Shown: positions 49,092 through 59,294 of the stretch, piece by piece
Layout: each line of letters starts with the position of its first letter
Numbering within the stretch: the stretch's first letter is position 1
Assembly (NCBI GenBank): GCA_949294195.1
Contig: CASFGK010000020.1
Coordinates: 884 to 64,883, forward strand
DNA length: 64,000 bases
Direction: 5' to 3'
DNA from: an uncultured Bacteroidales bacterium
GTDB taxonomy: Bacteria > Bacteroidota > Bacteroidia > Bacteroidales > UBA932
Translations under genes and position numbers: made by a program
Notes under the pieces: model-generated
Told to the model about the DNA's origin: nothing
Databases searched by the model: none
Seen by the model: the letters and a program-made list of their open reading frames with translations, nothing else

Positions 49092-50825
49092 TCAGTCGAA
49101 CAGAAGTTCCATATCCTTTTCCAACATCCTTCCGGCAAGTTTTTCCGGAACAAATGACCAGTGTCCGATAACGGACGGATCGCTTATGGCTGCAGGGTCT
49201 ATGCTTCCGTGCCCAGCCAGAAAATCATAGAGAATGTTTCTGATTTCAGGATATTTTGCGACCACACGCGATTCGATGTTGTCGGTGTCGACCTTGGCCC
49301 CTTCCCTCATGATTGCCCCGCCCCCGCTGGCACGATAGGAAGTCATCGCAACATTGTATTTCCCCGACATGTCAAAAGACGTCCCGTCTGCAAGAGACTC
49401 TATCTTGACCCTGCTGCCGTATTTTTCGGTCACATCTACTGTATAGACAAGTCCTCCTGCCGAATCGAAGTTGTATGCCCGTCCGTCAAAAGACCAGCGC
49501 TCCTGTCCTGTTCTCGGATCAGGTTCATTGGAAATTTTCAGCACATGCTCCCCTTTCCTGCCCGAAACGGTATTTATCCATGTGTCGTACGAAAACTCCA
49601 GATAGTCCTTTATTTCCTTACCTGTCATTTCAACGACAAAAAGCTGGTTCTCAAAAGGATAGATTGTGAACAGGTCATTATACACAAGTGTTCCGGCTTC
49701 CAGATAACCGTTAAAGGTCAGAGGCGCGGCAAACGATACTCTTGCAGGCGTACACGAAAGGCTGAGCGTATGAAGCAGGTCCATGTAATCGCACATTCCC
49801 GTATAGGCATCTCTGGTCCTCATATCCCTCGCCAAAGTGCCGACCGGCTTGACGGTAAACGCCTTTACAGCTTCATAATCAGACCTGAACAGATCTCTCA
49901 TTTCCGTATCGACAAGGTCTTTCCTGACAGGGACCAGCTCTGCAGAATGCTTTCTGGATACTACTTTTCCATCCTTGATCTCAAGTGTCACCGTACCATG
50001 TCCGATATTGCGGCAGTGGCTTCCCGTGTTGATAAGGCACATACCATCCTTTGTGTATATTGCAGGACGGTGATCATGCGAACATACCAGAAAATCCACT
50101 CCTGTAAGAGACTTGTACAAGTCCAGCCCCTGACTTTCCAGACTGGACCCGTCTCCCTCTCCGGTCCCTGAATGTACGGCTACGACCACGACATGCGGAT
50201 GTTCCTTTGCCATGACCTTGTCAACATCCTGCTGCACTATCGGAATCAGAGACTCGAAATGCATGCCTTTCCACAGGTCTTCCGCAAGCCAGTTCTTCAT
50301 GTTAGGATTCGTATAGCCGAGTATAGCGACCTTGAGACCGTTTTTCCTGACTATGGTGTAATCATCGAAATATGGCTTTCCGGTATCGTTTCGGAGCGCA
50401 TTCGCAGCCATGAAAGGCATATCAAGCTGCCTTGCGATCCTGTCATAGACAGCATGTCCTGTCTCTACATCATGGTTTCCCACCACGACTGCATCATAAC
50501 CCATATAATTTGCCATTCTGGCATAAAGATGCGGCGTGACAGTGTCCACGTAGTTGTAGTAATAAGCTGCATTGTCCCCCTGCAGACAGTCTCCCGCATC
50601 AACAAATATCACATTCTCTGCACCGTCAGCAGTCCTTACACTGTCCACATAGCGGGAAACGGCATAAAGAGACTGGCGGACACCGTCATCGACATAAAGA
50701 GAATCGAAATATCTGCCATGCACATCGTTGGTAGTAAACAGCTGGAGACTGTAAGTCCCGTCTTCCGGTCCGCAGCATGAAGCAAGAGCCAGAAGAAAAA
50801 CATAAAAAATCGGATTCCTTTTCAT
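49092..50825 (-). CDS. Bifunctional 2',3'-cyclic-nucleotide phosphodiesterase / 5'-nucleotidase lipoprotein
   Basis: TNDVHG, DAGD, GNHD, HSG, SHDH, YPFEN C-terminal domain. Confidence 0.9.
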   Translation of the reverse strand: MKRNPIFYVFLLALASCCGPEDGTYSLQLFTTNDVHGRYFDSLYVDDGVRQSLYAVSRYVDSVRTADGAENVIFVDAGDCLQGDNAAYYYNYVDTVTPHLYARMANYMGYDAVVVGNHDVETGHAVYDRIARQLDMPFMAANALRNDTGKPYFDDYTIVRKNGLKVAILGYTNPNMKNWLAEDLWKGMHFESLIPIVQQDVDKVMAKEHPHVVVVAVHSGTGEGDGSSLESQGLDLYKSLTGVDFLVCSHDHRPAIYTKDGMCLINTGSHCRNIGHGTVTLEIKDGKVVSRKHSAELVPVRKDLVDTEMRDLFRSDYEAVKAFTVKPVGTLARDMRTRDAYTGMCDYMDLLHTLSLSCTPARVSFAAPLTFNGYLEAGTLVYNDLFTIYPFENQLFVVEMTGKEIKDYLEFSYDTWINTVSGRKGEHVLKISNEPDPRTGQERWSFDGRAYNFDSAGGLVYTVDVTEKYGSRVKIESLADGTSFDMSGKYNVAMTSYRASGGGAIMREGAKVDTDNIESRVVAKYPEIRNILYDFLAGHGSIDPAAISDPSVIGHWSFVPEKLAGRMLEKDMELLFD

Positions 50826-50841
50826 AGCAACCTTATTATAT

Positions 50842-51660
50842 TCATTCTCTGATCAGATCAAGTATCGGGAAACCTTGCCGGAACCGCATCATAGGGGCCT
50901 TTTCAAGTGTCCCGCATACTACCGGAACACCTTCCGCAAGGAACTTTTTCCCCCTGCTTCTCCCCCGGTAGTCAATAACAGCAGAGTTGCCGCTGTATTC
51001 AAGGAGACGGTCAGAGCCGGTCCTGTTACAGAATACTGACCAGCAGACATTCTCTATTGATCTGGCTTTCAAAAGTATATCTGCAGCAGTATTTCGTGCC
51101 ACAGGCCAGTTGGCAACATTCATATAAAGATCATAAGGCTCTTCTCCGGAATTCCTTGCCAGCTCCGGAAACCTCAGATCGAAACAGATTCCGGGCAATA
51201 TTCTCCATCCTTTGTAAACGAATACCTTACGCCCGTCTCCTCTGATATAGTTCACATCCTCTCCTCCGAAAAAAAGGCGGGACTTGTCATAATATTCCAC
51301 TCCAGCACCTACGGAAGAAGGTGTTACAAAGAACATCCTGTTGTATCTGAAGCCGTCTGAAGCCACAGGAACTGAGCCGGACACGGCGCAACCGTATTTT
51401 TCCGACATCCGCTTCATCCATCCGAGTGTGGGCGGATTTTCCGAAGGCTCGGCAAGCATAGGATTCATGGTGAAGCCCGCAGCAAAGAACTCAGGAAGCA
51501 CCACAAGATCCGGCCGCGCAGGAAAATCTCCGGTGAAAATTCCGGAAAATACTTTCTCTAAAGCGGCGCAGTTCGTCCGTGGGCTTTCCCACTCCGGGGA
51601 AAACTCCACCAGCGCGACATTCAGAATGTCCGTGTCTGTCGAAACTTTCATATATTCCAT
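50842..51660 (-). CDS. Carbon-nitrogen hydrolase (nitrilase/omega-amidase family)
   Basis: VLPEFF, YDK, ICFDLRFPE catalytic E-K-C. Confidence 0.88.
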   Translation of the reverse strand: MEYMKVSTDTDILNVALVEFSPEWESPRTNCAALEKVFSGIFTGDFPARPDLVVLPEFFAAGFTMNPMLAEPSENPPTLGWMKRMSEKYGCAVSGSVPVASDGFRYNRMFFVTPSSVGAGVEYYDKSRLFFGGEDVNYIRGDGRKVFVYKGWRILPGICFDLRFPELARNSGEEPYDLYMNVANWPVARNTAADILLKARSIENVCWSVFCNRTGSDRLLEYSGNSAVIDYRGRSRGKKFLAEGVPVVCGTLEKAPMMRFRQGFPILDLIRE

Positions 51661-52895
51661 CCGGGAAGGTTATTGCTGTCTGTTATAATCTTTTTATGCT
51701 TTCCGGCAGAGGTCCTCCTGTCCAGAAGTGAACTCAGATTGAACTTCAACGTCACCACCTGCTGGAGTCCGGAATAGGACCATCCATTGAAATGGGCCAC
51801 AACAGATGCCCTGACAGACAGGAAATCGGATATGTCCGGTTCGTAATAAAGCTCAAGCCTGTCATAGAATCCCGGTCCTGACCCTTTCATCCTTACCTTA
51901 TAGAAAGGCTCCCCCATGTAAAGCAGATCACCGTATGTGTTTCCGGCAGCATCAGTATCATTGTAAAACGGCATCATATCCGTACCGTAAAGCAGGTAGT
52001 TTTCAAATCCCGCATTCCAGTTCCCAAGAGCGACTGTAAATTCTCCGGCATGCGGAAAGACAGGTTTGTCCACACGTCTGTCATTCTGGAAAGACTGCAG
52101 CCAGCCCAGTGTAAAATCAAAACGCTGGAGTCCCGTATTTCCGGACAAATCAATCTCCAGATAAGGATTCAGAAGGGCATTGTCCACTACACCGGAAACA
52201 TTCCTTGCCCCGGCAAAATGGTACAGATAGCCGGCGAGCCCGAGAGAAAACATATCAGAAAGCTCTCCGCGGGCAGCAAAGAATATCATGAACCTTTCCC
52301 TGCGGTCGACTCCGAACATTCCCATCCAGTCGCATCCGACCTCATAATACGACGCCGGTCTGGTGACAGAAAAGAGAAGCCCTTCTATATTATTGTCATA
52401 AAATCTGAGAGAATCTGAAAAGAATGCCCTCGAATAGTCACCCCGCATGAAACGTCTGGGAAAAATGCCGGCGGTTATTCCGATATCGGATTTGTCTTTT
52501 GTCAGTTTGTACCGGTAATAGAGCGTAATTTCATGGAAAAGGTCCCAGTTCCGTTTGCTGCCTGACAGCTCGGATGTATTCCCGTCCGTTACGATGGAAG
52601 CAGCGACAGGAGAATCTCCGAAATCCTTCATCACATCGATACCCAACATGAGACTGTGCGTCCCTCCACGGCCCTCTTTCAGATCAAGACCCACAGACGG
52701 AGTCAGTCTGGCACCGAATATCGTTCTGGAACCTGAAAATTTTGAAGGAGAGTACTCCCTGTTGTCGAAATTCATTTCGAAATCCACATCATAGGCAAAC
52801 CGCAGCCTGTTTCCTGAGGAAGAAGGTTTGTCTGCCGATACGGAATAAACAATGCAAAACAGCAGGGCACAGACACATGCACAATATTTCATCAT
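51648..52895 (-). CDS. Hypothetical outer-membrane protein
   Basis: Signal peptide, FDNREY...TIFGARLTP, aromatic alternating beta strands. Confidence 0.7.
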   Translation of the reverse strand: MMKYCACVCALLFCIVYSVSADKPSSSGNRLRFAYDVDFEMNFDNREYSPSKFSGSRTIFGARLTPSVGLDLKEGRGGTHSLMLGIDVMKDFGDSPVAASIVTDGNTSELSGSKRNWDLFHEITLYYRYKLTKDKSDIGITAGIFPRRFMRGDYSRAFFSDSLRFYDNNIEGLLFSVTRPASYYEVGCDWMGMFGVDRRERFMIFFAARGELSDMFSLGLAGYLYHFAGARNVSGVVDNALLNPYLEIDLSGNTGLQRFDFTLGWLQSFQNDRRVDKPVFPHAGEFTVALGNWNAGFENYLLYGTDMMPFYNDTDAAGNTYGDLLYMGEPFYKVRMKGSGPGFYDRLELYYEPDISDFLSVRASVVAHFNGWSYSGLQQVVTLKFNLSSLLDRRTSAGKHKKIITDSNNLPGWNI

Positions 52896-52928
52896 ATTAC
52901 GGAACCGGCTTTTCTGACATACTTGATA

Positions 52929-53876
52929 TTATTTCGATCCCATGCGGGCTTCGATTTTCTGACGAAGACTGCGGGACTGGTAAATAGGATAGTCCGCATC
53001 GGAACGGTCGAGCCATTCTACAGCCAGATCGTACTGCCCCAGCATATAGCATCCGAGGGAAATATTGTATTCGGCGCAGGAGCGTTTCTGGAGATTGCCG
53101 GTACCTACAAGCTCCATCCAGATGTCAATCGCTTCTTTCCACCTGTAATCGTCGGCTTTTGCAGCTGCTTCCAGCCAACTGTCCCCGTCATAATAAATGA
53201 CCTGATGACTCTCGTTCTTCCATGTGGAGACAAAAGAATCCGCAAGTCTGGCTCCTATGACTTCTGCCGGCTCTCCTATGGCCTCCAGTGCCTTTGAAAC
53301 AACAGTTTCGCTGCTTTCCTGACCATCTGTATATGCTACCGGTTTGGCGGAGCTGCGGCCGGTGAAAGAAAAGACGGAATCGGCAGGATTCATGGAGTCG
53401 TAAACGTTTATTCCAATGGAAAACGGCACCGTTACCTCTACCAGATATGTCGAATCTGCGGCAATCCTGCCACCGGTTTTCACCTTTTGAGGCTGTCCCG
53501 GGACTGCTATCCCTCTCTTCGGAGGTTCCATAAGGAATACGACATCAGTGCCGACATCCATAAGGATGTTGAGCAGAGTATCTTTGGCCGAATAGTCCGC
53601 TCCTGGTATGCTGTCCAAAGTATATACTCCTATTACACGCTCTCCTGAAAAATATCCGGATTCGAGCTTTTGGGCAAAGCCGTCCGCAGCCGATGCGGCA
53701 AAAATGGAATCCACATTGTTCCCGTTGTCGACATATACGACGGAAAAGGTCTTCTTCGCCAGATCAAGCCCGGATCTGGAAGTGTCTCTGAGCTCGACAT
53801 CCATTGTAAAGGAAAGAGGTCCGCATGCAGCCAGCATGAAAGGCGCCACAGCCAGAAAAAACAACAACCGCTTCAT
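52929..53876 (-). CDS. Lipoprotein with C-terminal TPR (DUF6340-like)
   Basis: Lipobox LAAC, W.EA...W...AEYNISLGCYMLGQYDLA.EWL. Confidence 0.75.
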   Translation of the reverse strand: MKRLLFFLAVAPFMLAACGPLSFTMDVELRDTSRSGLDLAKKTFSVVYVDNGNNVDSIFAASAADGFAQKLESGYFSGERVIGVYTLDSIPGADYSAKDTLLNILMDVGTDVVFLMEPPKRGIAVPGQPQKVKTGGRIAADSTYLVEVTVPFSIGINVYDSMNPADSVFSFTGRSSAKPVAYTDGQESSETVVSKALEAIGEPAEVIGARLADSFVSTWKNESHQVIYYDGDSWLEAAAKADDYRWKEAIDIWMELVGTGNLQKRSCAEYNISLGCYMLGQYDLAVEWLDRSDADYPIYQSRSLRQKIEARMGSK

Positions 53877-53883
53877 GACAAAA

Positions 53884-55215
53884 TCAGATTACTTCTATGA
53901 TATCACCGGTCAGATCATATTCGTCTGCACCTGTTATACGCACTTTAAGGAATTCTCCCACAAGTGAATACGGTTCAACCCCGTGCACAGCCGCCTCATC
54001 ATATTCCACCAGTATCTCCCCATCCACTTCAGGACTTTCATACTCGCTTCTGCATACATATACTCCGTCCGAGAAACTGTCGGCTATGACTTTTACCACA
54101 CTTCCTATCCTGGACTGGTTGAACCGGAGCGATATGCCGCTCTGGAGCGACATCAGCTCGTCCAGACGTCTCTGCTTTTCTTTAGCCGGGACTGAATCCT
54201 TGTAATGTTCCGCTCCATAAGTCCCTTCTTCTTCCGAATAGGCAAAAGCTCCCAGACGCTCGAATCCTGCGCTCCGGACAAAATCAAGAAGCGCTCCGAA
54301 CTCCCGTTTCCCTTCTCCCGGATGACCTACAATCATCGTTGTCCTGAGGACGACTCCCGGGACCCGTTCCCGCATCCTGTTTATAAGCGCCCGTGTCCAG
54401 GCTCCGTCCACATGACGGTGCATCATGTCCAGTACCTTGTCGGAAATATGCTGCAGGGGAATATCCATGTAACGGCAGACTTTCGGATTCTCCGCCATGA
54501 CATCCAGAACTTCTTCCGGAAAGCCGTCCGGATATGAATAGTGTATTCTTATCCACTCTATACCATCGACTTCCGACAGCCTGTCCAGCAGCTCGGCAAG
54601 CATGCGTTTCCCGTACAAGTCAAGACCATAGTATGTAGTATCCTGAGCAATGACTATAAGTTCCTTCACTCCCTTTGCAGCGAGAAGTTCCGCTTCTGCA
54701 ACCAGCTCGTCAACCGGTACAGAGACATGCTTTCCCCGAATATAAGGAATGGCACAGTATGCGCATCTGCGGTCACAGCCCTCGGAAATTTTGAGGTATG
54801 CATAGTGGGAAGGGGTGGTAAGCTGCCGTTTAAGCTCGAAATCGCCGGTCTCGGATACTCCCAGATACTCAAGCAACGGTGTAAAATCACGGGCACCGAA
54901 CCATGCGTCCACTTCAGGAATCAGTTCCGGCATCTCTTCATGGTATCTCTGGGACAGGCATCCGAACACTACTACTTTTCCGTAAACGCCTTCCTTTTTC
55001 CTCCCGACCGCACCTAGAATCATATTGACAGACTCCTCCTTGGCATCGCCAATGAATCCGCACGTATTTATCAGCAGACAGTCGGCCTCTCCTTCCCAGT
55101 CTTCAGGCAGTATATCAAAGCAAGAGACCGCCTGGGCCAGGATATGCTCCGTGTCCACGCGGTTCTTCGAGCAGCCCATCGTTATGGCCTGCAATGTCTG
55201 TCTTCTGTCTGTCAT
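53884..55215 (-). CDS. rimO: Ribosomal protein S12 methylthiotransferase
   Basis: GCSKNRVDTE, NTCGFI, CDRRCAYC radical SAM motif, SPEVDG TRAM domain. Confidence 0.95.
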   Translation of the reverse strand: MTDRRQTLQAITMGCSKNRVDTEHILAQAVSCFDILPEDWEGEADCLLINTCGFIGDAKEESVNMILGAVGRKKEGVYGKVVVFGCLSQRYHEEMPELIPEVDAWFGARDFTPLLEYLGVSETGDFELKRQLTTPSHYAYLKISEGCDRRCAYCAIPYIRGKHVSVPVDELVAEAELLAAKGVKELIVIAQDTTYYGLDLYGKRMLAELLDRLSEVDGIEWIRIHYSYPDGFPEEVLDVMAENPKVCRYMDIPLQHISDKVLDMMHRHVDGAWTRALINRMRERVPGVVLRTTMIVGHPGEGKREFGALLDFVRSAGFERLGAFAYSEEEGTYGAEHYKDSVPAKEKQRRLDELMSLQSGISLRFNQSRIGSVVKVIADSFSDGVYVCRSEYESPEVDGEILVEYDEAAVHGVEPYSLVGEFLKVRITGADEYDLTGDIIEVI

Positions 55216-55219
55216 TTCG

Positions 55220-55654
55220 CTACTTCTGCTCTGCGTCAGCTCCGGACTTCTGCCCTTCTTCCTCCACAAAGTCAAGAGAAGCGTATTTCTTCAAAGCATT
55301 GTACCAGTCAACCACTTTCTTCATGTGGGACACATAGAAGCGGTTCCTGTCATAGTCCGGAAGCGCTTTTTCAAAGAATGTCTTGAGTTCCTCCGGTGCA
55401 GACTTCGATGTAGGGGCATCGGCATCGCCGAGTACAGCCTTCATCTTGAGGAAAACTTCTTTCAGTTTTGTCTCGCCCTCGTCAGTATATATCGAAATAT
55501 CCGCCAGAGTCGTAATCCTGCTGTTCATTCCGAAACAGCTTCTCTTCTTGTCCGCCAATGACTCGACAATAGCGCCTGTCCTGGCTTGTGAAATATAGTT
55601 GAACAGACCGCTTTGTCCGGAAATTGAAAGAATCTTTGTAAGATCAGTTTTCAT
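55220..55654 (-). CDS. Conserved Bacteroidota protein (DUF5606-like)
   Basis: ILSISG..GLF, L.DISIYT, LPDYD..R.YVS..KK...WYN.L. Confidence 0.85.
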   Translation of the reverse strand: MKTDLTKILSISGQSGLFNYISQARTGAIVESLADKKRSCFGMNSRITTLADISIYTDEGETKLKEVFLKMKAVLGDADAPTSKSAPEELKTFFEKALPDYDRNRFYVSHMKKVVDWYNALKKYASLDFVEEEGQKSGADAEQK

Positions 55655-55782
55655 ACTTTGCTTTTCTTTAAAATCAGGTCGCAAATATAGTTAGAAGCCG
55701 AGAGCAATGCAAATCAAACTTGTTTGAATTTCATTGCCGAGGCGCAACAGTAATTATGCGCCCGGGGCCGGCACAGGGATTG

Positions 55783-56397
55783 TCAGACTGGCCTGCACAT
55801 GGAAAAGTACACATCATCCACGCAACGTTCCAACCGGGCCCTGTCCGCAACATTTTCAATAATAAAATCCACTTCAGCCCTTGTCTTACCGGAAGAAATG
55901 TCATTCAGCAGCTTCTGTCCCGCCATTCTTTCCCGGATCCGCTCCGGAGAGACACCGTCTCTCATACAGGCTCTCTGAAGTCTGGTCTGCACAGGAGCGT
56001 CAACAAGCAGCACCTTGTCCGCTATGTCTCTGAACAGAGGTTTCTCAAGGATGATGGCCGATTCCATTACAACAAAAGGGACACTTCCTTCCTGAAAAGA
56101 GGAACGCCACTTCAGGAAATCCTCTCTGACGGCAGGATGAACGATACTTTCAAGGACAGAAAGCTTTTCAGGATCTGAAAAAATCACGGATGCCAGTTCT
56201 TTTCTGTCCACTCTGCCATTTGTGTCGGAAATACTGCAACCCAGTGCAGACTCGATCCTGCCGACCATGCCGGCATCATCATAAAGTCTTCTGGCTCTGG
56301 AATCCGAATCATATACAGGTATGCCTTTCGACGCAAGATACCTGCACACAGTGGATTTTCCGCTGCCGATTCCGCCAGTGACAACCAAGGTCCTCAT
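55783..56397 (-). CDS. coaE: Dephospho-CoA kinase
   Basis: VTGGIGSGKST, IVHPAV, ESAI. Confidence 0.93.
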   Translation of the reverse strand: MRTLVVTGGIGSGKSTVCRYLASKGIPVYDSDSRARRLYDDAGMVGRIESALGCSISDTNGRVDRKELASVIFSDPEKLSVLESIVHPAVREDFLKWRSSFQEGSVPFVVMESAIILEKPLFRDIADKVLLVDAPVQTRLQRACMRDGVSPERIRERMAGQKLLNDISSGKTRAEVDFIIENVADRARLERCVDDVYFSMCRPV

Positions 56398-57371
56398 CGC
56401 TCTTCCTTGACAACGCACTCGAATACTTTAGGTGAAATGGAACAGTTTATGACTCCCTGCGGCAGTGAAGATATCTTTCCTATGCACTTGCCGCCCAAAG
56501 ATGAGATGAAGTCATCATAGTCGACATATACCCTGACACCGTCCGTCACGTCCGCGGTAAGAGGGAAAGCACACCTCAATGTTACTGTAGCGACAGACGG
56601 ATAAATCATCATGGATTTGCCCGGCGGGACATTTCTGGCCTGGACGCTTACGGTGACAGGCATTTCCACAAATCTTGTAGCTGACATCGAATAACGTACT
56701 TCAGACTCCGACATACGGACACCCTTGATCTTCTCAAGTCTGGCAATTCCATGTATGGAGGAAGAGATGTCGCTTATCTTTATCGCTTCAGTATTCACCC
56801 GGGAAATGTCTTCGAGATGGCCCGGTTCACCGTATACGGTAACGGAATCGGGCTCTATGTCAAACTTGCTGTCAGCCGTATACTGAGGCTCGAACCCAAG
56901 TATGTGAACCGGATATACCGGCACCCTCTTGTGATTCTCATACGGGAATCTGAAAAAAAGTGTATCCGTTATGAAATATTCTATCTGGACATCATCTCCG
57001 AAAATGAGATGTGAAGATTCCTTGAGCTCGGACGAAGTGATATAATATGTTTCGCCGGATTTCCTGTGCAGTACGGATGGGTCGAATGTGACAGTGACTT
57101 TCCGTCTTCCTGAAAACAGTCCGTTTCTGACAATATTGAAGCCGGTGGTCTGACACCGTGCTATCACATCACACCTGTTTGACGAACGGTTGAAATGCCC
57201 TTCAATATTGCTTGCCGCCTCCACGGAGGCCTGCAGGAATTCGGTATATCTGAGAGACAGGTTATGGATAAACCATATACTGAAAGCCAGCAGGAGGGCA
57301 AGCAGAAAAACTGTCATGTCCCTCCTGCTGATATTCAACAGATGTAAAATTTTATGTAAAAAGTCTCTCAT
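56394..57371 (-). CDS. YbbR/CdaR-like domain protein
   Basis: N-terminal TM, PDSVTVYG. Conserved position between yajC and coaE. Confidence 0.8.
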   Translation of the reverse strand: MRDFLHKILHLLNISRRDMTVFLLALLLAFSIWFIHNLSLRYTEFLQASVEAASNIEGHFNRSSNRCDVIARCQTTGFNIVRNGLFSGRRKVTVTFDPSVLHRKSGETYYITSSELKESSHLIFGDDVQIEYFITDTLFFRFPYENHKRVPVYPVHILGFEPQYTADSKFDIEPDSVTVYGEPGHLEDISRVNTEAIKISDISSSIHGIARLEKIKGVRMSESEVRYSMSATRFVEMPVTVSVQARNVPPGKSMMIYPSVATVTLRCAFPLTADVTDGVRVYVDYDDFISSLGGKCIGKISSLPQGVINCSISPKVFECVVKEER

Positions 57372-57388
57372 TCCGGCTCTGTGGCAGG

Positions 57389-57715
57389 CTACTGCTGTGC
57401 AGCCTCGGAGAAGTCCTTTACTACTGAATTCTTGTCCACCTTTATCTTGACATTGTTGTCAACTTCGATAAGCAGTGTCTTTTCCTTGATTTCAACTACA
57501 ATTCCGTAAATCCCCCCTATCGTGACTATCTTGTCTCCTTTCTGAAGTCCGTCACGGAATTTCTGCAGTTCCTTCTGCTGCTTTCTCTGCGGACGGATCA
57601 TGAAGAACCACATGACAGCGATGATAAGGATAAGCATGATCCACATCGACCATCCGCCTCCTGCAGGCTGCTGTCCGGCTGCCTGGGCCTGTAATAAAAT
57701 TGCAAGTAAATTCAT
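57389..57715 (-). CDS. yajC: Preprotein translocase subunit YajC
   Basis: FFMIRPQRKQQK, LQKGDKIVTIGGIYG. Confidence 0.96.
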   Translation of the reverse strand: MNLLAILLQAQAAGQQPAGGGWSMWIMLILIIAVMWFFMIRPQRKQQKELQKFRDGLQKGDKIVTIGGIYGIVVEIKEKTLLIEVDNNVKIKVDKNSVVKDFSEAAQQ

Positions 57716-57776
57716 TTCAGTTTCAGTTATTTAAAATAAATTTTCAAAAATAAGGTTTTATTGTCTAAAAACAAAA

Positions 57777-58745
57777 TCACATCTTTTCGCCGAGGTCTTT
57801 TGCAGTCTTGACAATCAGCCCCTCCTTTTCCATGGAAGAGATGAGCCGGTCCAGCAGTCCGTTTACGAAAATACGGCTCTTCGGCGTTCCGTAGAACTTC
57901 GATATTTCCACATATTCATTTATGGTGACCTTTACCGGTATATTCGGGAATGCCACTGCTTCGGCAAGGCCGAGCACTATGATGACCATGTCAGTGGTGA
58001 CGATTCTGTCATTGTCCCAGTTGGACACAGAAGCCGCCACACGTTCGGAATACTTGTCATATCCTGTAATCGCAGACTGGAGAAGACGTATAGCGAATGC
58101 CTTGTCGCTCTCGATGCCGGGTCCAGTCTTCATCTCACTCTGATATAAAGGAGGAAGTGACCACCTCTCCCCTTTCGCAAGTGATTTGAGCGTACGGCAG
58201 ACATAGGTCAGAGAATATGCGAGGTCATCGTTCCAGTATATTGACATATCCTCAAGAATCTGCTCCAGCTCGGTGCTGTCGACAAACTCGTCCTCGAAAA
58301 TCCTTATGAACAGTCTGCAGTCTTCGGCAAGAGACGATTCCCCGGAGGTCATATAATCGGCATAGTATTTCTTTCCTGTTATGGAAGTCAGGACTTTTTT
58401 CAGGAAAATGTCGTACTGCTGCCATGAAAACTTCCTTTTGGCAAATATTTTCGTAAAATCCGGATCACTGTCCAGCAGGACGGCCAGACGGTTGTCGGCA
58501 AACTTCGTGTTCGGATTCAGGTCCTCTTCCGTAGGCGAGAACTTCTTTTTTGCCGACTCCAACCGTTCGCGGGCAATGGCCGTAAGAGGAGAAACTATAC
58601 CGAGCATGAATATATAAAGGTCCCGTACAGCCTCGCACGAAAGATCGAGCCGGGTCTTCGCTTCTGACAGGGACATGTTCCCTGAAAGCACACAGGAATA
58701 AAGAACTTTGAAAGTTTTTATTCTGAGGATTCGTCTGTTGAGCAT
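57777..58745 (-). CDS. nusB: Transcription antitermination factor NusB (long Bacteroidota form)
   Basis: MLNRRILRIK, IPVKVTINEYVEISK.Y.TPKS..FVNGLLD. Confidence 0.92.
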   Translation of the reverse strand: MLNRRILRIKTFKVLYSCVLSGNMSLSEAKTRLDLSCEAVRDLYIFMLGIVSPLTAIARERLESAKKKFSPTEEDLNPNTKFADNRLAVLLDSDPDFTKIFAKRKFSWQQYDIFLKKVLTSITGKKYYADYMTSGESSLAEDCRLFIRIFEDEFVDSTELEQILEDMSIYWNDDLAYSLTYVCRTLKSLAKGERWSLPPLYQSEMKTGPGIESDKAFAIRLLQSAITGYDKYSERVAASVSNWDNDRIVTTDMVIIVLGLAEAVAFPNIPVKVTINEYVEISKFYGTPKSRIFVNGLLDRLISSMEKEGLIVKTAKDLGEKM

Positions 58746-58833
58746 ACGATTTTCGAAATTTTGTGCAAATATAATACGCAATTTCAGAAAAATCCCTAAA
58801 TTTGCGGAGATTTACTTAAAAATACATTCAAAT

Positions 58834-59199
58834 ATGTATGAGGAATTTGATGAGGTAAACGCTCAGGAACGCTCTGGAGAAGATGTATACTCCAAGCCCG
58901 TACGTGCCGGCAAAAGGACTTACTTTTTTGACGTCAAGACCACTAAAGGAAATGACTACTATCTGACTATAACTGAAAGCAAACGCAAGGTAGAAAAAGA
59001 CGGTCGCTTTGCCTATGACAAGCACAAGATTTTCCTGTACAAGGAAGACTTTGACAAGTTTGCCGAAGGACTTCAGGAAGTTATAGAATATATCAGGGAA
59101 AATTGCCTGTCTGGCGCCGAAACCGGCAAAGCCGCACAGAATCCTGACAACGAGGAGGACGGGGAAAAATTCTCCAACGTAAGTTTCGAGGAGCTCTAG
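58834..59199 (+). CDS. PUR family DNA/RNA-binding protein (DUF3276)
   Basis: RAGKRTYFFDV, YLTITESKR, KHKIFLYKEDF. Confidence 0.92.
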   Translation: MYEEFDEVNAQERSGEDVYSKPVRAGKRTYFFDVKTTKGNDYYLTITESKRKVEKDGRFAYDKHKIFLYKEDFDKFAEGLQEVIEYIRENCLSGAETGKAAQNPDNEEDGEKFSNVSFEEL

Positions 59200-59217
59200 C
59201 CTCAAGCACGGAAAGAC

Positions 59218-59270
59218 ACAGACACCCTTTCATACCGGACGCTGCCGATAGAAGGGTGTCTGTTATTATT
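59218..59270. terminator. Hairpin between convergent genes
   Basis: ACAGACACCCTT...AAGGGTGTCTGT-TATTATT. Confidence 0.7.
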
Positions 59271-59294
59271 GTGCCTTAAGCACATCTGTCCCTG

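Noticed and set aside
49161-50780. Long plus-strand ORFs (336 and 202 aa)
   Set aside because: Antisense shadows of the 5'-nucleotidase gene with no recognisable motifs.
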